A stretch of DNA of 63,381 nucleotides from an uncultured Oscillibacter sp. (GTDB lineage Bacteria; Bacillota; Clostridia; Oscillospirales; Oscillospiraceae): positions 1-63,381 of the forward strand of contig NZ_CAJULS010000001.1 in the NCBI RefSeq assembly GCF_910587525.1, read 5' to 3'. A model generated the notes under the pieces. That model had not been told where the DNA came from, did not search any database, and worked only from the letters and a program-made list of their open reading frames with translations. This document shows positions 1 through 9,139 of the stretch, piece after piece; the first letter of the stretch is position 1; each line of letters begins with the position of its first letter. A program made the translations under genes and the position numbers.

Positions 1-685
1 TCATCATCCGGCTGCTGCCGCCGGAGGGCTCCTCCGCGGGGGCGGGGGCCGGGGCAGGAGCGGGAGGCGGCGCGGCCTCTTCCCCGTCGTCACTGAGGCC
101 AAGTCCTTTCAGCAGCTCCTTGGCCAGCCTGACGGTGATGACATTCATGAACTCGCTCTCCAGCGCATCCTCAATCTTCAAGGCGAACCGCACCACTACC
201 AGGGTGTCCTCTCCCTTGGGCAGGTGATTTTCCTTAAAGGCCTGGAGGTCTTCCAGCTCAAAGGGCTTGGGGGTGGAGATGTCCACCGGAAAGCCCAGAA
301 AATCGCTCATAGCCGTGGCCGCCGCGCCCATCATCTGGTTCATGACCTCGCACACGGCGCTAATAGTCAGATCATTGAGCTCGAACTCCTCCTCCGGCGT
401 CTCCGAGCCCATCAGGATATCGACAATGACCTTGATGTCCCGGCGGCGCAGCAGCATGATGTTGCTTCCCTCCAGGCCCTCCACATATTTGATTTCAACG
501 CCCATGGCGGGCTCCAGGTTGCCGATGGTAAACTCGTCCGTGGGTACCACTGTCACCTTGGGCGTGGTGATGTCAACCCGGTGGTCCAGCAAATTGGAAA
601 CCGCTGTCGCAGAGGAGCCAAGGCTGATATTCATCATTTCGCCGAGGGCGTCGATATCCATCGGACTGAATAACTCTTTCTCCAT
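1..685 (-). CDS. fliY: Flagellar motor switch phosphatase FliY (partial, runs off the window start)
   Basis: Manual translation from ATG 685 gives MEKELFSPMDIDALGEMMNISLGSSATAVSNLLDHRVDITTPKV and later AVCEVMNQMMG: two CheC-type ExxN motifs. Directly downstream of fliM. Not in the ORF track. Confidence 0.9.
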   Translation of the reverse strand, partial: MEKELFSPMDIDALGEMMNISLGSSATAVSNLLDHRVDITTPKVTVVPTDEFTIGNLEPAMGVEIKYVEGLEGSNIMLLRRRDIKVIVDILMGSETPEEEFELNDLTISAVCEVMNQMMGAAATAMSDFLGFPVDISTPKPFELEDLQAFKENHLPKGEDTLVVVRFALKIEDALESEFMNVITVRLAKELLKGLGLSDDGEEAAPPPAPAPAPAPAEEPSGGSSRMM

Positions 686-690
686 ACCGT

Positions 691-1695
691 CTATTCGCTC
701 CTTTGCTCGGCCGGATAGCATACGTCATCTATCTTCACAGCCATATTTTTCTTATGGGTTCCCATGCGGCCTGTAAACCATTGGTAGCCGCCAATCTCCA
801 GATAAATGGGGGAGTCTTTGGAGTATCCCAGGTCTATGACGTCTCCCACATTCAAATGATAAATATCGCTGAGATACAGCTGCGTGTTCGCCATCTCCGC
901 CACAACCTCCAGAGTGGAGTCCTGCAGGCTGTCAAAGATTTCATCCGATTTGTCTTCAACCGCCACTTTCCGCACGGGGTTCTCCCGGCTGATCTCCGCA
1001 AAGACGGCCATCAGCATATCTCCCGGAAAGCAGATACTCATGCGGCCCGACAGATTGGTGAACTGCATCTTCAGATCCACAATCACCACGGTCTCGTCTA
1101 CACCCAGCAGCTGGCTCAGCGTGGGGTTGGCGTCCGTGTGGTTATAGGTAAATCGAATGGGAACATAATTCTCCCAGCTGACGCCCAATACAGAGATAAT
1201 GTCCTGCACCAGATCCTCATACAGTCTGAGCTCCAACTCCGTGTAACTGTACTCTGAATCCAGGTCGTCGTCCACCGAACCCTCGCCGCCCATCAGGCGG
1301 TCCATCATACTCAGAGCCGTTGCGGTGGAGAGGTAGAACATCACCGGCTGCTCCTGCGGGGCGTCCTTGATATCCACATCCGCCAATGCCAGCACGTCTC
1401 CCTCGGTCAAAGCGTTGGAGAACTCGTAGTAGTGCTGTTCCTCCACACTCTCCACCGTGATCTCGCAGCTCGCCCGGAGACGGGCATTCAGGCGGGAACC
1501 GATTACCCGAGAGTAGTTCTCAAAGATGCCGTTCAACATCTTGATCCGGTCCTTGGTGAACTTCCGCGGACTGGCAAAGTCGTATTTGGCGTATTTTTTC
1601 TCCTGCTCGGCAGGCGACTTTTTCAAATCCTTCTCGCCGCTGCGGACAGAATTCAGCAAAGCGTCTATTTGAGCTTGTGATAATACATCTGCCAT
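691..1695 (-). CDS. fliM: Flagellar motor switch protein FliM
   Basis: N-terminal LSQAQIDALL CheY-binding motif, YDFASPRKFTKD, C-terminal SpoA-like domain. Confidence 0.95.
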   Translation of the reverse strand: MADVLSQAQIDALLNSVRSGEKDLKKSPAEQEKKYAKYDFASPRKFTKDRIKMLNGIFENYSRVIGSRLNARLRASCEITVESVEEQHYYEFSNALTEGDVLALADVDIKDAPQEQPVMFYLSTATALSMMDRLMGGEGSVDDDLDSEYSYTELELRLYEDLVQDIISVLGVSWENYVPIRFTYNHTDANPTLSQLLGVDETVVIVDLKMQFTNLSGRMSICFPGDMLMAVFAEISRENPVRKVAVEDKSDEIFDSLQDSTLEVVAEMANTQLYLSDIYHLNVGDVIDLGYSKDSPIYLEIGGYQWFTGRMGTHKKNMAVKIDDVCYPAEQRSE

Positions 1696-1743
1696 AAGTC
1701 CCCCTGCCTGTGCTTGCTCCGCGGCAAAGCGCCGCGGACGGAT

Positions 1744-2526
1744 TTACTGGGTCGTTGTGTAGGTCGTTGTATAATAGGTGGTCACGCCCTCGGCCTCCAT
1801 CTGGAGGTCCCGGCCGCTGATAATCATCTCCACCCGGCGGTTCTGGGCCCGACCCTCGGCGGTGTCGTTGGTGGCCACCGGCCGCCACTGGCCGATACCC
1901 TCGCTGATGAGCTTCACCGGCGAGATGATGCTGTGCTCCTGAATGAAAATGACCACGTTGGTGGCTCGCTCACTGGACAGTGACCGATCTGTCTGCACTC
2001 GGTTGGGTCTCTTGGGATTGCCCTGGGCGGTATGCCCCAAAACCCGCACCTCACTGATGGAGTTGGACGCGGTGTCCAGCATGCCGCTGACCGCCTCCAG
2101 TACCGGCGTGGCCTCCGGCCGCAGATAGGAGCTCTCTCCGTCAAAGAACACGGTATCTCCAAAGGAGATGTAAATCTTTCCCCCGTCCTTAGAGGCAGTG
2201 ATGGTGCTCTGCTGATCCGTCTGCTGGATATAGGCCTGAATGGCCTGGAACAGCTCCTCAATGTCCTCGTCGATCTCTGCCTGCGCCTCCATGACGCCGC
2301 CTTCATCGGCGTCGGCACTGGGGCCCTCGCCGCCCTCCGGCGTCTCTGTCGTGGTCTGCTTTGCCATGGGGTTAAAGCTCATGACCAGAGCCTCCCACTT
2401 GGCCGAGTCGATGGTGGACATGGAATAAAGCAGCACAAAGAAGCACAGCAGCAGCGTCACCATGTCGCCGTATGTATCCATCCAGTTGGCGCCGCCTCCG
2501 CCGCCGCTTTTTTTCTTTAGGGCCAC
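1744..2526 (-). CDS. motB: Flagellar stator B subunit (MotB/MotS family, OmpA-like domain)
   Basis: WMDTYGDMVTLLLCFFVLLYSMS TM helix with the critical Asp; C-terminal GRAQNRRVE. Confidence 0.95.
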   Translation of the reverse strand: MALKKKSGGGGGANWMDTYGDMVTLLLCFFVLLYSMSTIDSAKWEALVMSFNPMAKQTTTETPEGGEGPSADADEGGVMEAQAEIDEDIEELFQAIQAYIQQTDQQSTITASKDGGKIYISFGDTVFFDGESSYLRPEATPVLEAVSGMLDTASNSISEVRVLGHTAQGNPKRPNRVQTDRSLSSERATNVVIFIQEHSIISPVKLISEGIGQWRPVATNDTAEGRAQNRRVEMIISGRDLQMEAEGVTTYYTTTYTTTQ

Positions 2527-2553
2527 TGCTTCTCACCTCTCCTCAAGTCTGTC

Positions 2554-3381
2554 TCACTCTCCGCCGCCCTTGCTCTCGCCCATCTCACGCTCACGCTGAG
2601 CCATGTAGGTCAAAAGGCGCTCTTTTAGGGCCTTGGGGTTCTCGCCGGCCTGAATGGCCATAACGCCCTCCACAATGATCTGCTTGCAGAGGACCTCCTC
2701 CTCGTCCCGGCCGCGCAGCAGCTGGGCCACAGGGCCGAAGACCATGTGGGCCATGATGCAGCCGTACAGCGTGGTAATCAGGGCGGTACCCATGGCGCCG
2801 CCCAGGTCGCCTGCGCCGCCTTCCACGTCCATGGACTTGAGCATGTTAATCAGACCCACCAGCGTACCCACCATGCCGAAGGCCGGGGCCACGCTGGATG
2901 CCTTGTCGTACATAGCCGCCGCGTCCTCATGGCGGGCGTTCATACACTCGATGTCATTCTCCAGAATGGCCCGCACCTTATCCTGGTCGTTGGCGTCCAC
3001 GATCAGCATGATGGCCTGCTTGAAAAACGGATCCGTCTGCTCGTTGGCCTTCTCCTCCAGGGACAGCAGGCCGTTCTTACGGGCGATCTGCGCCAGCTCC
3101 ACCAACTGCTCAATGTACTGCACGGGGTCGAAGACCTTGGTCTTCAGGATAATCCCGAAGTGCTTGGGCATGGCCTTCAGCATAGAGCCGGGGAAGCTGG
3201 CCGCCACAATGAACAGCGTACACCCGATGACGATCAGAATACTGGCCGCGTCGAAGAAGTTCCAGAGGTTGGCAATGTTGACCGAAAAGCTGAACTCCGG
3301 GTACACCGTCAGCGAGGTAATACAGCCGAACAGGAACACCGCCAAGGCGCCCACCAAACCAATGATATAGTTGATATTCAT
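2554..3381 (-). CDS. motA: Flagellar stator A subunit (MotA/MotP family)
   Basis: ARKNGLLSLE, APAFGMVGTLVGLI, ALITTLYG, IQAGENP motifs; start placed at ATG 3381 behind AAAGGGTG. Confidence 0.93.
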   Translation of the reverse strand: MNINYIIGLVGALAVFLFGCITSLTVYPEFSFSVNIANLWNFFDAASILIVIGCTLFIVAASFPGSMLKAMPKHFGIILKTKVFDPVQYIEQLVELAQIARKNGLLSLEEKANEQTDPFFKQAIMLIVDANDQDKVRAILENDIECMNARHEDAAAMYDKASSVAPAFGMVGTLVGLINMLKSMDVEGGAGDLGGAMGTALITTLYGCIMAHMVFGPVAQLLRGRDEEEVLCKQIIVEGVMAIQAGENPKALKERLLTYMAQREREMGESKGGGE

Positions 3382-3439
3382 GTCATGGTACACCCTTTCG
3401 CCCGGAGGGTCAAGCCCGGGCCGCAAATTTTCTATCTAT

Positions 3440-3655
3440 TCAACGCTTGTCCGTCACCGAGATTTCCCGGTGAATATCCTGGACCTTGGCGTTGTAGACG
3501 GCGATTTTATCGATGATCTCCTCCACACTTTCGCGGACGAGGTAATAATCGTGGTTCATCATGGTAATTTTGGACTCAGGAATGCATTCGATGTGCTCGA
3601 TCTGTAAATGGTTCACCAGAAATTTCTCGTGGTTTCTTTTTGTCAGAAGGATCAT
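3440..3655 (-). CDS. flbD: Flagellar protein FlbD/SwrD family
   Basis: MILLTKRNHEKFLVNHLQIEHIECIPESKITMMN...VRESVEEII pattern; canonical position between flgE and motA. Confidence 0.9.
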   Translation of the reverse strand: MILLTKRNHEKFLVNHLQIEHIECIPESKITMMNHDYYLVRESVEEIIDKIAVYNAKVQDIHREISVTDKR

Positions 3656-3737
3656 AGCATACCGTCCTTTCCGGCGTGTCCGCCGGGGCGCCTCACGCGC
3701 CCCGGCCGGCCGCGTTGTCAAATCTCAGGTCCGGGGA

Positions 3738-5048
3738 TTATCGCTTCATGTTGACCAGTTCCTCCAGCATGGAGTCGGTCACGGTGATGATACGGGTGTT
3801 GGCCTGATAGCCGCGCTGGGTGGTGATAAGCTCAGAGATCTCGGTGGCCAGGTCCACGTTAGGGGCCTCCAGGAAACCCACCATCAGCGAGGTGGAACCG
3901 CCGCTGTTGAGGCGGGACTCCTCAGGCAGGTCGCTCTCGCTGGCCGGGTCGCCCTGGTTGCCATCGTTCTCATCGCGGTACAGGCTCTGGATGCTGCCGT
4001 TGACATACTTCATGCCCTTGACCACGTTGCCCTCGGCGTCATAGGTCATAACCTCCTTGGCCGCGCCGCCCAGCATGGTGACGCTCAGGTCGCCGGAGCC
4101 GGCGCTGGCGTTGTAGTAGGAGTTGCCGATGTGGCTGACGCCGTTGGGGTTGGTCACATTGCCAATGGCGATATAGCCGATGACGATATCCTCTTTGGTG
4201 TTCTTGGTCCTGGCGGTGATGCAGCCCGTTCCTGCGTCAATGGTAATGTTGTCGATGCTGGCGGGGGGGAGGGGCTCTGTGGTAGTGGTGGCGGTTCCGT
4301 CGGCGCCGGTTCCGGTGACCGTCTTTTCCGCGTCCTTAATCTTAATGCCTGCGATGCCTCCGTCCGCACCCGCCTCCTTTAAGCATTGGGGCCAGCGGAC
4401 CACATTGCGGTACTCCCACTTCACGCCCTCCGCGTAATCCTCCCCGTTTTGGTTCGGTATGCCGTCGGCGTCCAGGTCCTTAATCTCAAGGCCAGTCTCG
4501 ATATCTACCGGCACATTCTCCATGCGGGGCGCCCGCAGGGGAACCAGCTGGTCGCTGATGATGGGCTCGCCGCTCTCCTCATCGATGCCCACGCACAAAA
4601 AGCCATACACGCAGCCCTGGTTGCCGTCCACGAAATAGCCCTGGGCATCCTGGTGAAAATCGCCCACCCGGCTCAGGTTCAGGCTCTTAAAGCTGTTGGG
4701 GTTGGTGGGGTCGATAATCTGCGCCACATCCTTGTCGCCCACCAGGAAAAAACCGTCGCCCGAGATGGCCACATCCGTGGGGTTGCCGGGGTTGTAGGTG
4801 GAAGAGGACATATCCAGGTCGATGCTGGCCACCATGGAGCCGTAGCCCAACTGGGAGGGGTTCTTGCCGCCCACCACCTGGGTGCCGTCGCTGCCGCTGC
4901 GGTACATGCTGTACACGCTGTCCCGGAACACGGTGCGCTGGGTTTTGTAACCCTGGGTGTTGACGTTTGCCACATTGTTGCCGATGACGCTCAGCTTCTG
5001 CATGTGCGCCTTCAGGCCGCCAATGGATGCGTACATTGATCCAGTCAT
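3738..5048 (-). CDS. flgE: Flagellar hook protein FlgE
   Basis: GNNVANVNTQGYK N-terminus; LEAPNVDLATEISELITTQRGYQANTRII C-terminus. Confidence 0.92.
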   Translation of the reverse strand: MTGSMYASIGGLKAHMQKLSVIGNNVANVNTQGYKTQRTVFRDSVYSMYRSGSDGTQVVGGKNPSQLGYGSMVASIDLDMSSSTYNPGNPTDVAISGDGFFLVGDKDVAQIIDPTNPNSFKSLNLSRVGDFHQDAQGYFVDGNQGCVYGFLCVGIDEESGEPIISDQLVPLRAPRMENVPVDIETGLEIKDLDADGIPNQNGEDYAEGVKWEYRNVVRWPQCLKEAGADGGIAGIKIKDAEKTVTGTGADGTATTTTEPLPPASIDNITIDAGTGCITARTKNTKEDIVIGYIAIGNVTNPNGVSHIGNSYYNASAGSGDLSVTMLGGAAKEVMTYDAEGNVVKGMKYVNGSIQSLYRDENDGNQGDPASESDLPEESRLNSGGSTSLMVGFLEAPNVDLATEISELITTQRGYQANTRIITVTDSMLEELVNMKR

Positions 5049-5149
5049 AGGAAAAAATAGTCTCCTTTCGATTTCTGGCGCCGTCCGCGCCCCGTCAGTC
5101 GGGCGGGGCGCGAAGGCCTCCGAAAAACCGGTCCTGCCTTCTGTAAAAT

Positions 5150-5530
5150 TTACAGGAACACGGCGCCGTCAATGTTGGTAAACACGCTGTCTTTCATCTC
5201 ATCCTGTGTAATAGCCGTGATGACTTTTGCGTGGGGCACGTTGATGATAAACGCTTTTTCGGCGTCCATGGCCAGGATGTTGGTCGCGCCCTTGGCCTGG
5301 GCCCGCACCATGCTACCCCGGATCTGATCCATCAGACTGGGGGTAATCTCGATGCCCCGCTCCTCAGCTCGGGTCATCGCGTGCTTGGAAAACGCCACGT
5401 CCTGGGCCGGAGCGGTCCTTTGCAGCTCCTGCTGCAGCATCCCGCCGAAGCCGCCGCCCTGCATGGCCCGCTGGGCCGCCGCGGATACTGGCTGTTGGAC
5501 CGCGCCCTGTCTCAATACCCGTTCGATCAT
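5150..5530 (-). CDS. Flagellar operon protein (TIGR02530-like)
   Basis: FSKHAMTR...RGI and VFTNIDGAV motifs; located between flgD and flgE. Confidence 0.88.
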   Translation of the reverse strand: MIERVLRQGAVQQPVSAAAQRAMQGGGFGGMLQQELQRTAPAQDVAFSKHAMTRAEERGIEITPSLMDQIRGSMVRAQAKGATNILAMDAEKAFIINVPHAKVITAITQDEMKDSVFTNIDGAVFL

Positions 5531-5536
5531 CTCATA

Positions 5537-6145
5537 TCACGCCCCCTGGTCATCAGGAGAGCCGTCTCCGCCGTTATAGTCTGAGCCGTTCCCGTCGGGC
5601 TTCTGGGTCTGTTCAGGCTTCTTCGTTTCGTCGGGCGTTTCATCAGGCTTCTCGGTCTCGCCGGGTTTCTCCGTATCCTCGACCTTGTCGTCGTCCTCCT
5701 CTTCCTTCTTGGGAGGCAGCTTGCCCACGGCCAGGATCTCGCTCATCTGGTAGTACTCGTTGTTGTCGACAAAAATCACCTGGCTGCCGTTCATGGTGCC
5801 CGTACCGGTGACCTGGCCATAGCTCTCCTGGAGGTTGCCCTCGGAGTCGTACTTTCCCACGGTGACGTACTGTTCCACCAGAGACGCCGCGTAGCTCATA
5901 ACGGAGGCGTCGGTCAGCGTGGCGATGGTCTCTACCATCTGCATCTGGATCATCTGATTCAGCATGTCGGAGGTGTCCACCGTCTCGTCAATGCCCTGGT
6001 TGGTGAGCTGTGTGATCATCAGCATGATAAAGTCGGTCATATCCAGGTTCAGGTTGTCGCCCTTCTTCTGGATCTTGATGTTTTTATTGGCTACCGCGCT
6101 GCTGCCATAGATGCTGCTGAGATCACCCGATGAAAAATCTGCCAT
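5537..6145 (-). CDS. flgD: Flagellar hook capping protein FlgD
   Basis: LDMTDFIMLMITQLTNQ motif; operon position; acidic low-complexity tail. Confidence 0.88.
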   Translation of the reverse strand: MADFSSGDLSSIYGSSAVANKNIKIQKKGDNLNLDMTDFIMLMITQLTNQGIDETVDTSDMLNQMIQMQMVETIATLTDASVMSYAASLVEQYVTVGKYDSEGNLQESYGQVTGTGTMNGSQVIFVDNNEYYQMSEILAVGKLPPKKEEEDDDKVEDTEKPGETEKPDETPDETKKPEQTQKPDGNGSDYNGGDGSPDDQGA

Positions 6146-6172
6146 TGTCTCACTTCCTTTCCGGTGTGTCTC

Positions 6173-7249
6173 TTACTCCCCGTCCCCGGGGACCAAACCC
6201 AGGCGCAGCTGGTGGAGGAAATCCTCACCGCTCCGCTGTTCCTGGCGGCGCTCCTGCTGCCCATGCTCCTGCTGTCCGCGGCCCTGCCGGCCGTCGTCAT
6301 AGAAATTCTGCTGCTGGCTCTCCTGCTGGCGGGGAACCTCCACCTGGACCTCCTGCCGCGCGTCTCTGCCCAGCATGGCCATCAGGTTGTCGGCGCTCCG
6401 CTCCAGAAGGCCGCGGGTCTGGCTGCTCTCTGCGTGAAGTGCTACGTGCAGCGTCCCGTCCTCCCGGAGGGTCACCTCCACGGTCACCTTGCCCAGGCTC
6501 TCGGGGGCCAGCTGAATCTCTACACGGGTGTCTCCGGCGTCCAGCGCCTCGGCCAGCTTGGGCGCGATCTGGTCCTCCACAGGGGTCTCCTCCGCCACAG
6601 GGGCCTCGCCCACCTTCACGGGGATCTCCCGCACGTCCCGGAACACCGGGGCCTCGGCCATCCCCTCCTCAGGGGTATCCTGATCGCCGGTCTCCTGCCC
6701 GGCTCCGCTGGTCTCGCCGGTGGTCGCCTTGACCTCCAGCTCCATGCCGGTATCCTCCGCAGTCTGGGGCTGCGCCTCCACGGGCTTCGCCTGCTCCTGG
6801 GGCAGCTGTTCCACGGCCTCCTCCGCGCCCTCCTCGGGCACGATCTCCGCCGCCTCAGCCGTTACGGGGGCAGCTGTCACCGGGACATCCGCTGTCTCTG
6901 TAACGATCTCCACATTGGATACATCCGCCACTGCAGTCTCCGCCATCTCCTCCGGCGCTGTCACCTGCTCCACCGGAACCACCGGGTTCTGCATCACCGC
7001 CATGGCCGCCAGGGCCATCTGGTTTTCCAGCTCCTTAGGGTCCTCTGCCGCCGTGATCTGGCCCTCCCCGGTCTGGGGCTGATCCTGCACCGCAGTCTCC
7101 GTCTTGGTCCCGGTCTCGCCGCTTTGTCCGGCGGCCTGCTTCATCTGGCTTTGGAAGCTGTCCTTTTCCTGAGACTGGGCAGGTTTGGACGGCTGGCGCT
7201 CCGGCATGGCCGGCATCATGTTCAGCATGCTGTTGTATACCTGATCCAT
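6173..7249 (-). CDS. fliK: Flagellar hook-length control protein FliK
   Basis: Low-complexity N-terminus; IQLAPESLGKVTVEV T3S4 motif; Gln-rich tail. Confidence 0.9.
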   Translation of the reverse strand: MDQVYNSMLNMMPAMPERQPSKPAQSQEKDSFQSQMKQAAGQSGETGTKTETAVQDQPQTGEGQITAAEDPKELENQMALAAMAVMQNPVVPVEQVTAPEEMAETAVADVSNVEIVTETADVPVTAAPVTAEAAEIVPEEGAEEAVEQLPQEQAKPVEAQPQTAEDTGMELEVKATTGETSGAGQETGDQDTPEEGMAEAPVFRDVREIPVKVGEAPVAEETPVEDQIAPKLAEALDAGDTRVEIQLAPESLGKVTVEVTLREDGTLHVALHAESSQTRGLLERSADNLMAMLGRDARQEVQVEVPRQQESQQQNFYDDGRQGRGQQEHGQQERRQEQRSGEDFLHQLRLGLVPGDGE

Positions 7250-7352
7250 CTCTCTTTCACCTCCTTCCGAATATCATATGTATATTCCAAACGGCGGTTT
7301 TATGCGCCGCATTGGACCCATAACCCCGGAGCGGAGCGCTCCGGACGCCCCG

Positions 7353-7802
7353 TCAGGCGTTGGCGGCGTTGATCCGCATGGTGCTGACGAACTCCTCGAT
7401 AAAAGCCTCTTCGCTCTTCGCCTCCGCCTTGTGATAGGCGTCCAGCTTCTTCTCCTTCAGCTTTTCAATAGAGGAGGTATCCTTCTTGGCCTCCACTACC
7501 CTTTCCCGCTTCTTCTCCTCTTCCGCCCGCAGCTCCTCCAGCCGTTGGGTCTGACGCTGGATCTCCTGCTCCGCAGCCCGCAGGCCGTTCTGGTACATCA
7601 GCGCCTCGGTGAGAACCAGTCCCTCCTCCGCCCGGCGGCGGTATTCGGCGTTGTACTCCCGGTACTCCTGCCAGAGGTCTTCCAGCAGTGTCTCCTGCTC
7701 CCGCACCGCGGCCAGGGCCAGGGCGTGTTCGCCCTGGAGTGCCTCCAGCACCTGCTGCTTGTAGGAGAGGACCGTGTCCAGAGAGAATTTAAACTTCTTC
7801 AA
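7353..7802 (-). CDS. fliJ: Flagellar export chaperone FliJ
   Basis: MKKFKFSLDTVL start (TTG), coiled coil, follows fliI. Confidence 0.9.
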   Translation of the reverse strand: MKKFKFSLDTVLSYKQQVLEALQGEHALALAAVREQETLLEDLWQEYREYNAEYRRRAEEGLVLTEALMYQNGLRAAEQEIQRQTQRLEELRAEEEKKRERVVEAKKDTSSIEKLKEKKLDAYHKAEAKSEEAFIEEFVSTMRINAANA

Positions 7803-7837
7803 CCGGTTTCAGCCTCTTTTCTCTTGATTGGTAAAAT

Positions 7838-9139
7838 CTATTTCAATATGGCCCGCATCCTGGCGACGCACTGGTCATAGCTGAACGCCTCGTTGACATC
7901 CTGGGTCAAAAACTCGTTGACTGCGTCAATTTTCGACAACGCATAGTCAAGGTTGCGGTTGGTCCCCGGCTTATAGGCGCCGATGGCCACCAGATCCGCG
8001 TTCTTCTCATACACGCTCATAATATCCCGAATCCGGGAGGCCAGCTTCCGGTGCTCCGGATCCACGATCTCCACCATCAGACGGGAGATGCTGGCGCTGA
8101 CGTCGATGGCCGGGTAGTGGTTGCCGTTAGCCAGAGCCCGGGAGAGGACGATGTGCCCGTCCAGGATACCCCGGACCGTGTCGGCGATGGGTTCGTTGGT
8201 ATCGTCGCCCTCCACCAGTACAGTATATACGCCGGTGATGGAGCCCTTGTCAAAATTGCCGCTTCGCTCCAGGAGCTTGGGCATCTCCGCGTACATGGAG
8301 GGGGTGTAACCTCTGGAAACCGGCGGTTCGCCAATGGCAAGGCCGATCTCACGCTGGGCCATGGCGAACCGGGTCAGGGAGTCCATCATCAGGAGCACGT
8401 CGTACCCCTGGTCCCGAAAGTACTCTGCAATGCCCGTGGCCACGCTGGGACATTTCATCCGCAGCATGGCGGGCTGGTCGCTGGTGGCCACCACCAGCAC
8501 GGAGCGGCGCATTCCCTCCTCGCCCAGGTCCTTCTGGACGAATTCCAAAACTTCCCGTCCCCGCTCGCCCACCAGGGCGATGACGTTGATGTCGGCTTTC
8601 ACATTTTTAGCAATCATACCCATCAGCGTGGACTTGCCCACGCCGGAGCCGGCAAAAATGCCGATTCTCTGGCCCTTGCCGATGGTAATCATGCCGTCTA
8701 TGGCTTTTACGCCAAACTCCATGCGCTCCCGAATAGGGGGACGCTGGAGGGGGTTGACATAGGAGCCGCTGACGCAGTAGGGATCGCCGCCGTCAAAGGG
8801 CGCCTTGCCGTCGATGGGCTGGCCCATGGCGTTGATGATGCGGCCCCGGAGAAACTCTCCTACCCGCAGCGTCAGCTGCCGTCCGGTGTTTCGGACAAAG
8901 TTTCCGGCGGAGATGCCGTTCATGTCCGAGTAGGGCATCAGCAGGATGTGGTCATTCTTGAAGCCCACCACCTCCGCAGTAACCTGCCCGCCGGAGTCGC
9001 CGTTGTAGATCCGGCAGATGTCTCCCACGGCCGCGTGGCCGCCGGAGGCCTCGATGGACATGCCCACAATATTCTCGATCTTTCCTGTCAGGCTGTACGT
9101 TTCCGCGTTATAGACCTGGCGGATCATCTGTCGGAACAT
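7838..9139 (-). CDS. fliI: Flagellar export ATPase FliI
   Basis: Walker A AGSGVGKST, LLMMDSLTR, GEPP, DGHIVLSR. Confidence 0.96.
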   Translation of the reverse strand: MFRQMIRQVYNAETYSLTGKIENIVGMSIEASGGHAAVGDICRIYNGDSGGQVTAEVVGFKNDHILLMPYSDMNGISAGNFVRNTGRQLTLRVGEFLRGRIINAMGQPIDGKAPFDGGDPYCVSGSYVNPLQRPPIRERMEFGVKAIDGMITIGKGQRIGIFAGSGVGKSTLMGMIAKNVKADINVIALVGERGREVLEFVQKDLGEEGMRRSVLVVATSDQPAMLRMKCPSVATGIAEYFRDQGYDVLLMMDSLTRFAMAQREIGLAIGEPPVSRGYTPSMYAEMPKLLERSGNFDKGSITGVYTVLVEGDDTNEPIADTVRGILDGHIVLSRALANGNHYPAIDVSASISRLMVEIVDPEHRKLASRIRDIMSVYEKNADLVAIGAYKPGTNRNLDYALSKIDAVNEFLTQDVNEAFSYDQCVARMRAILK

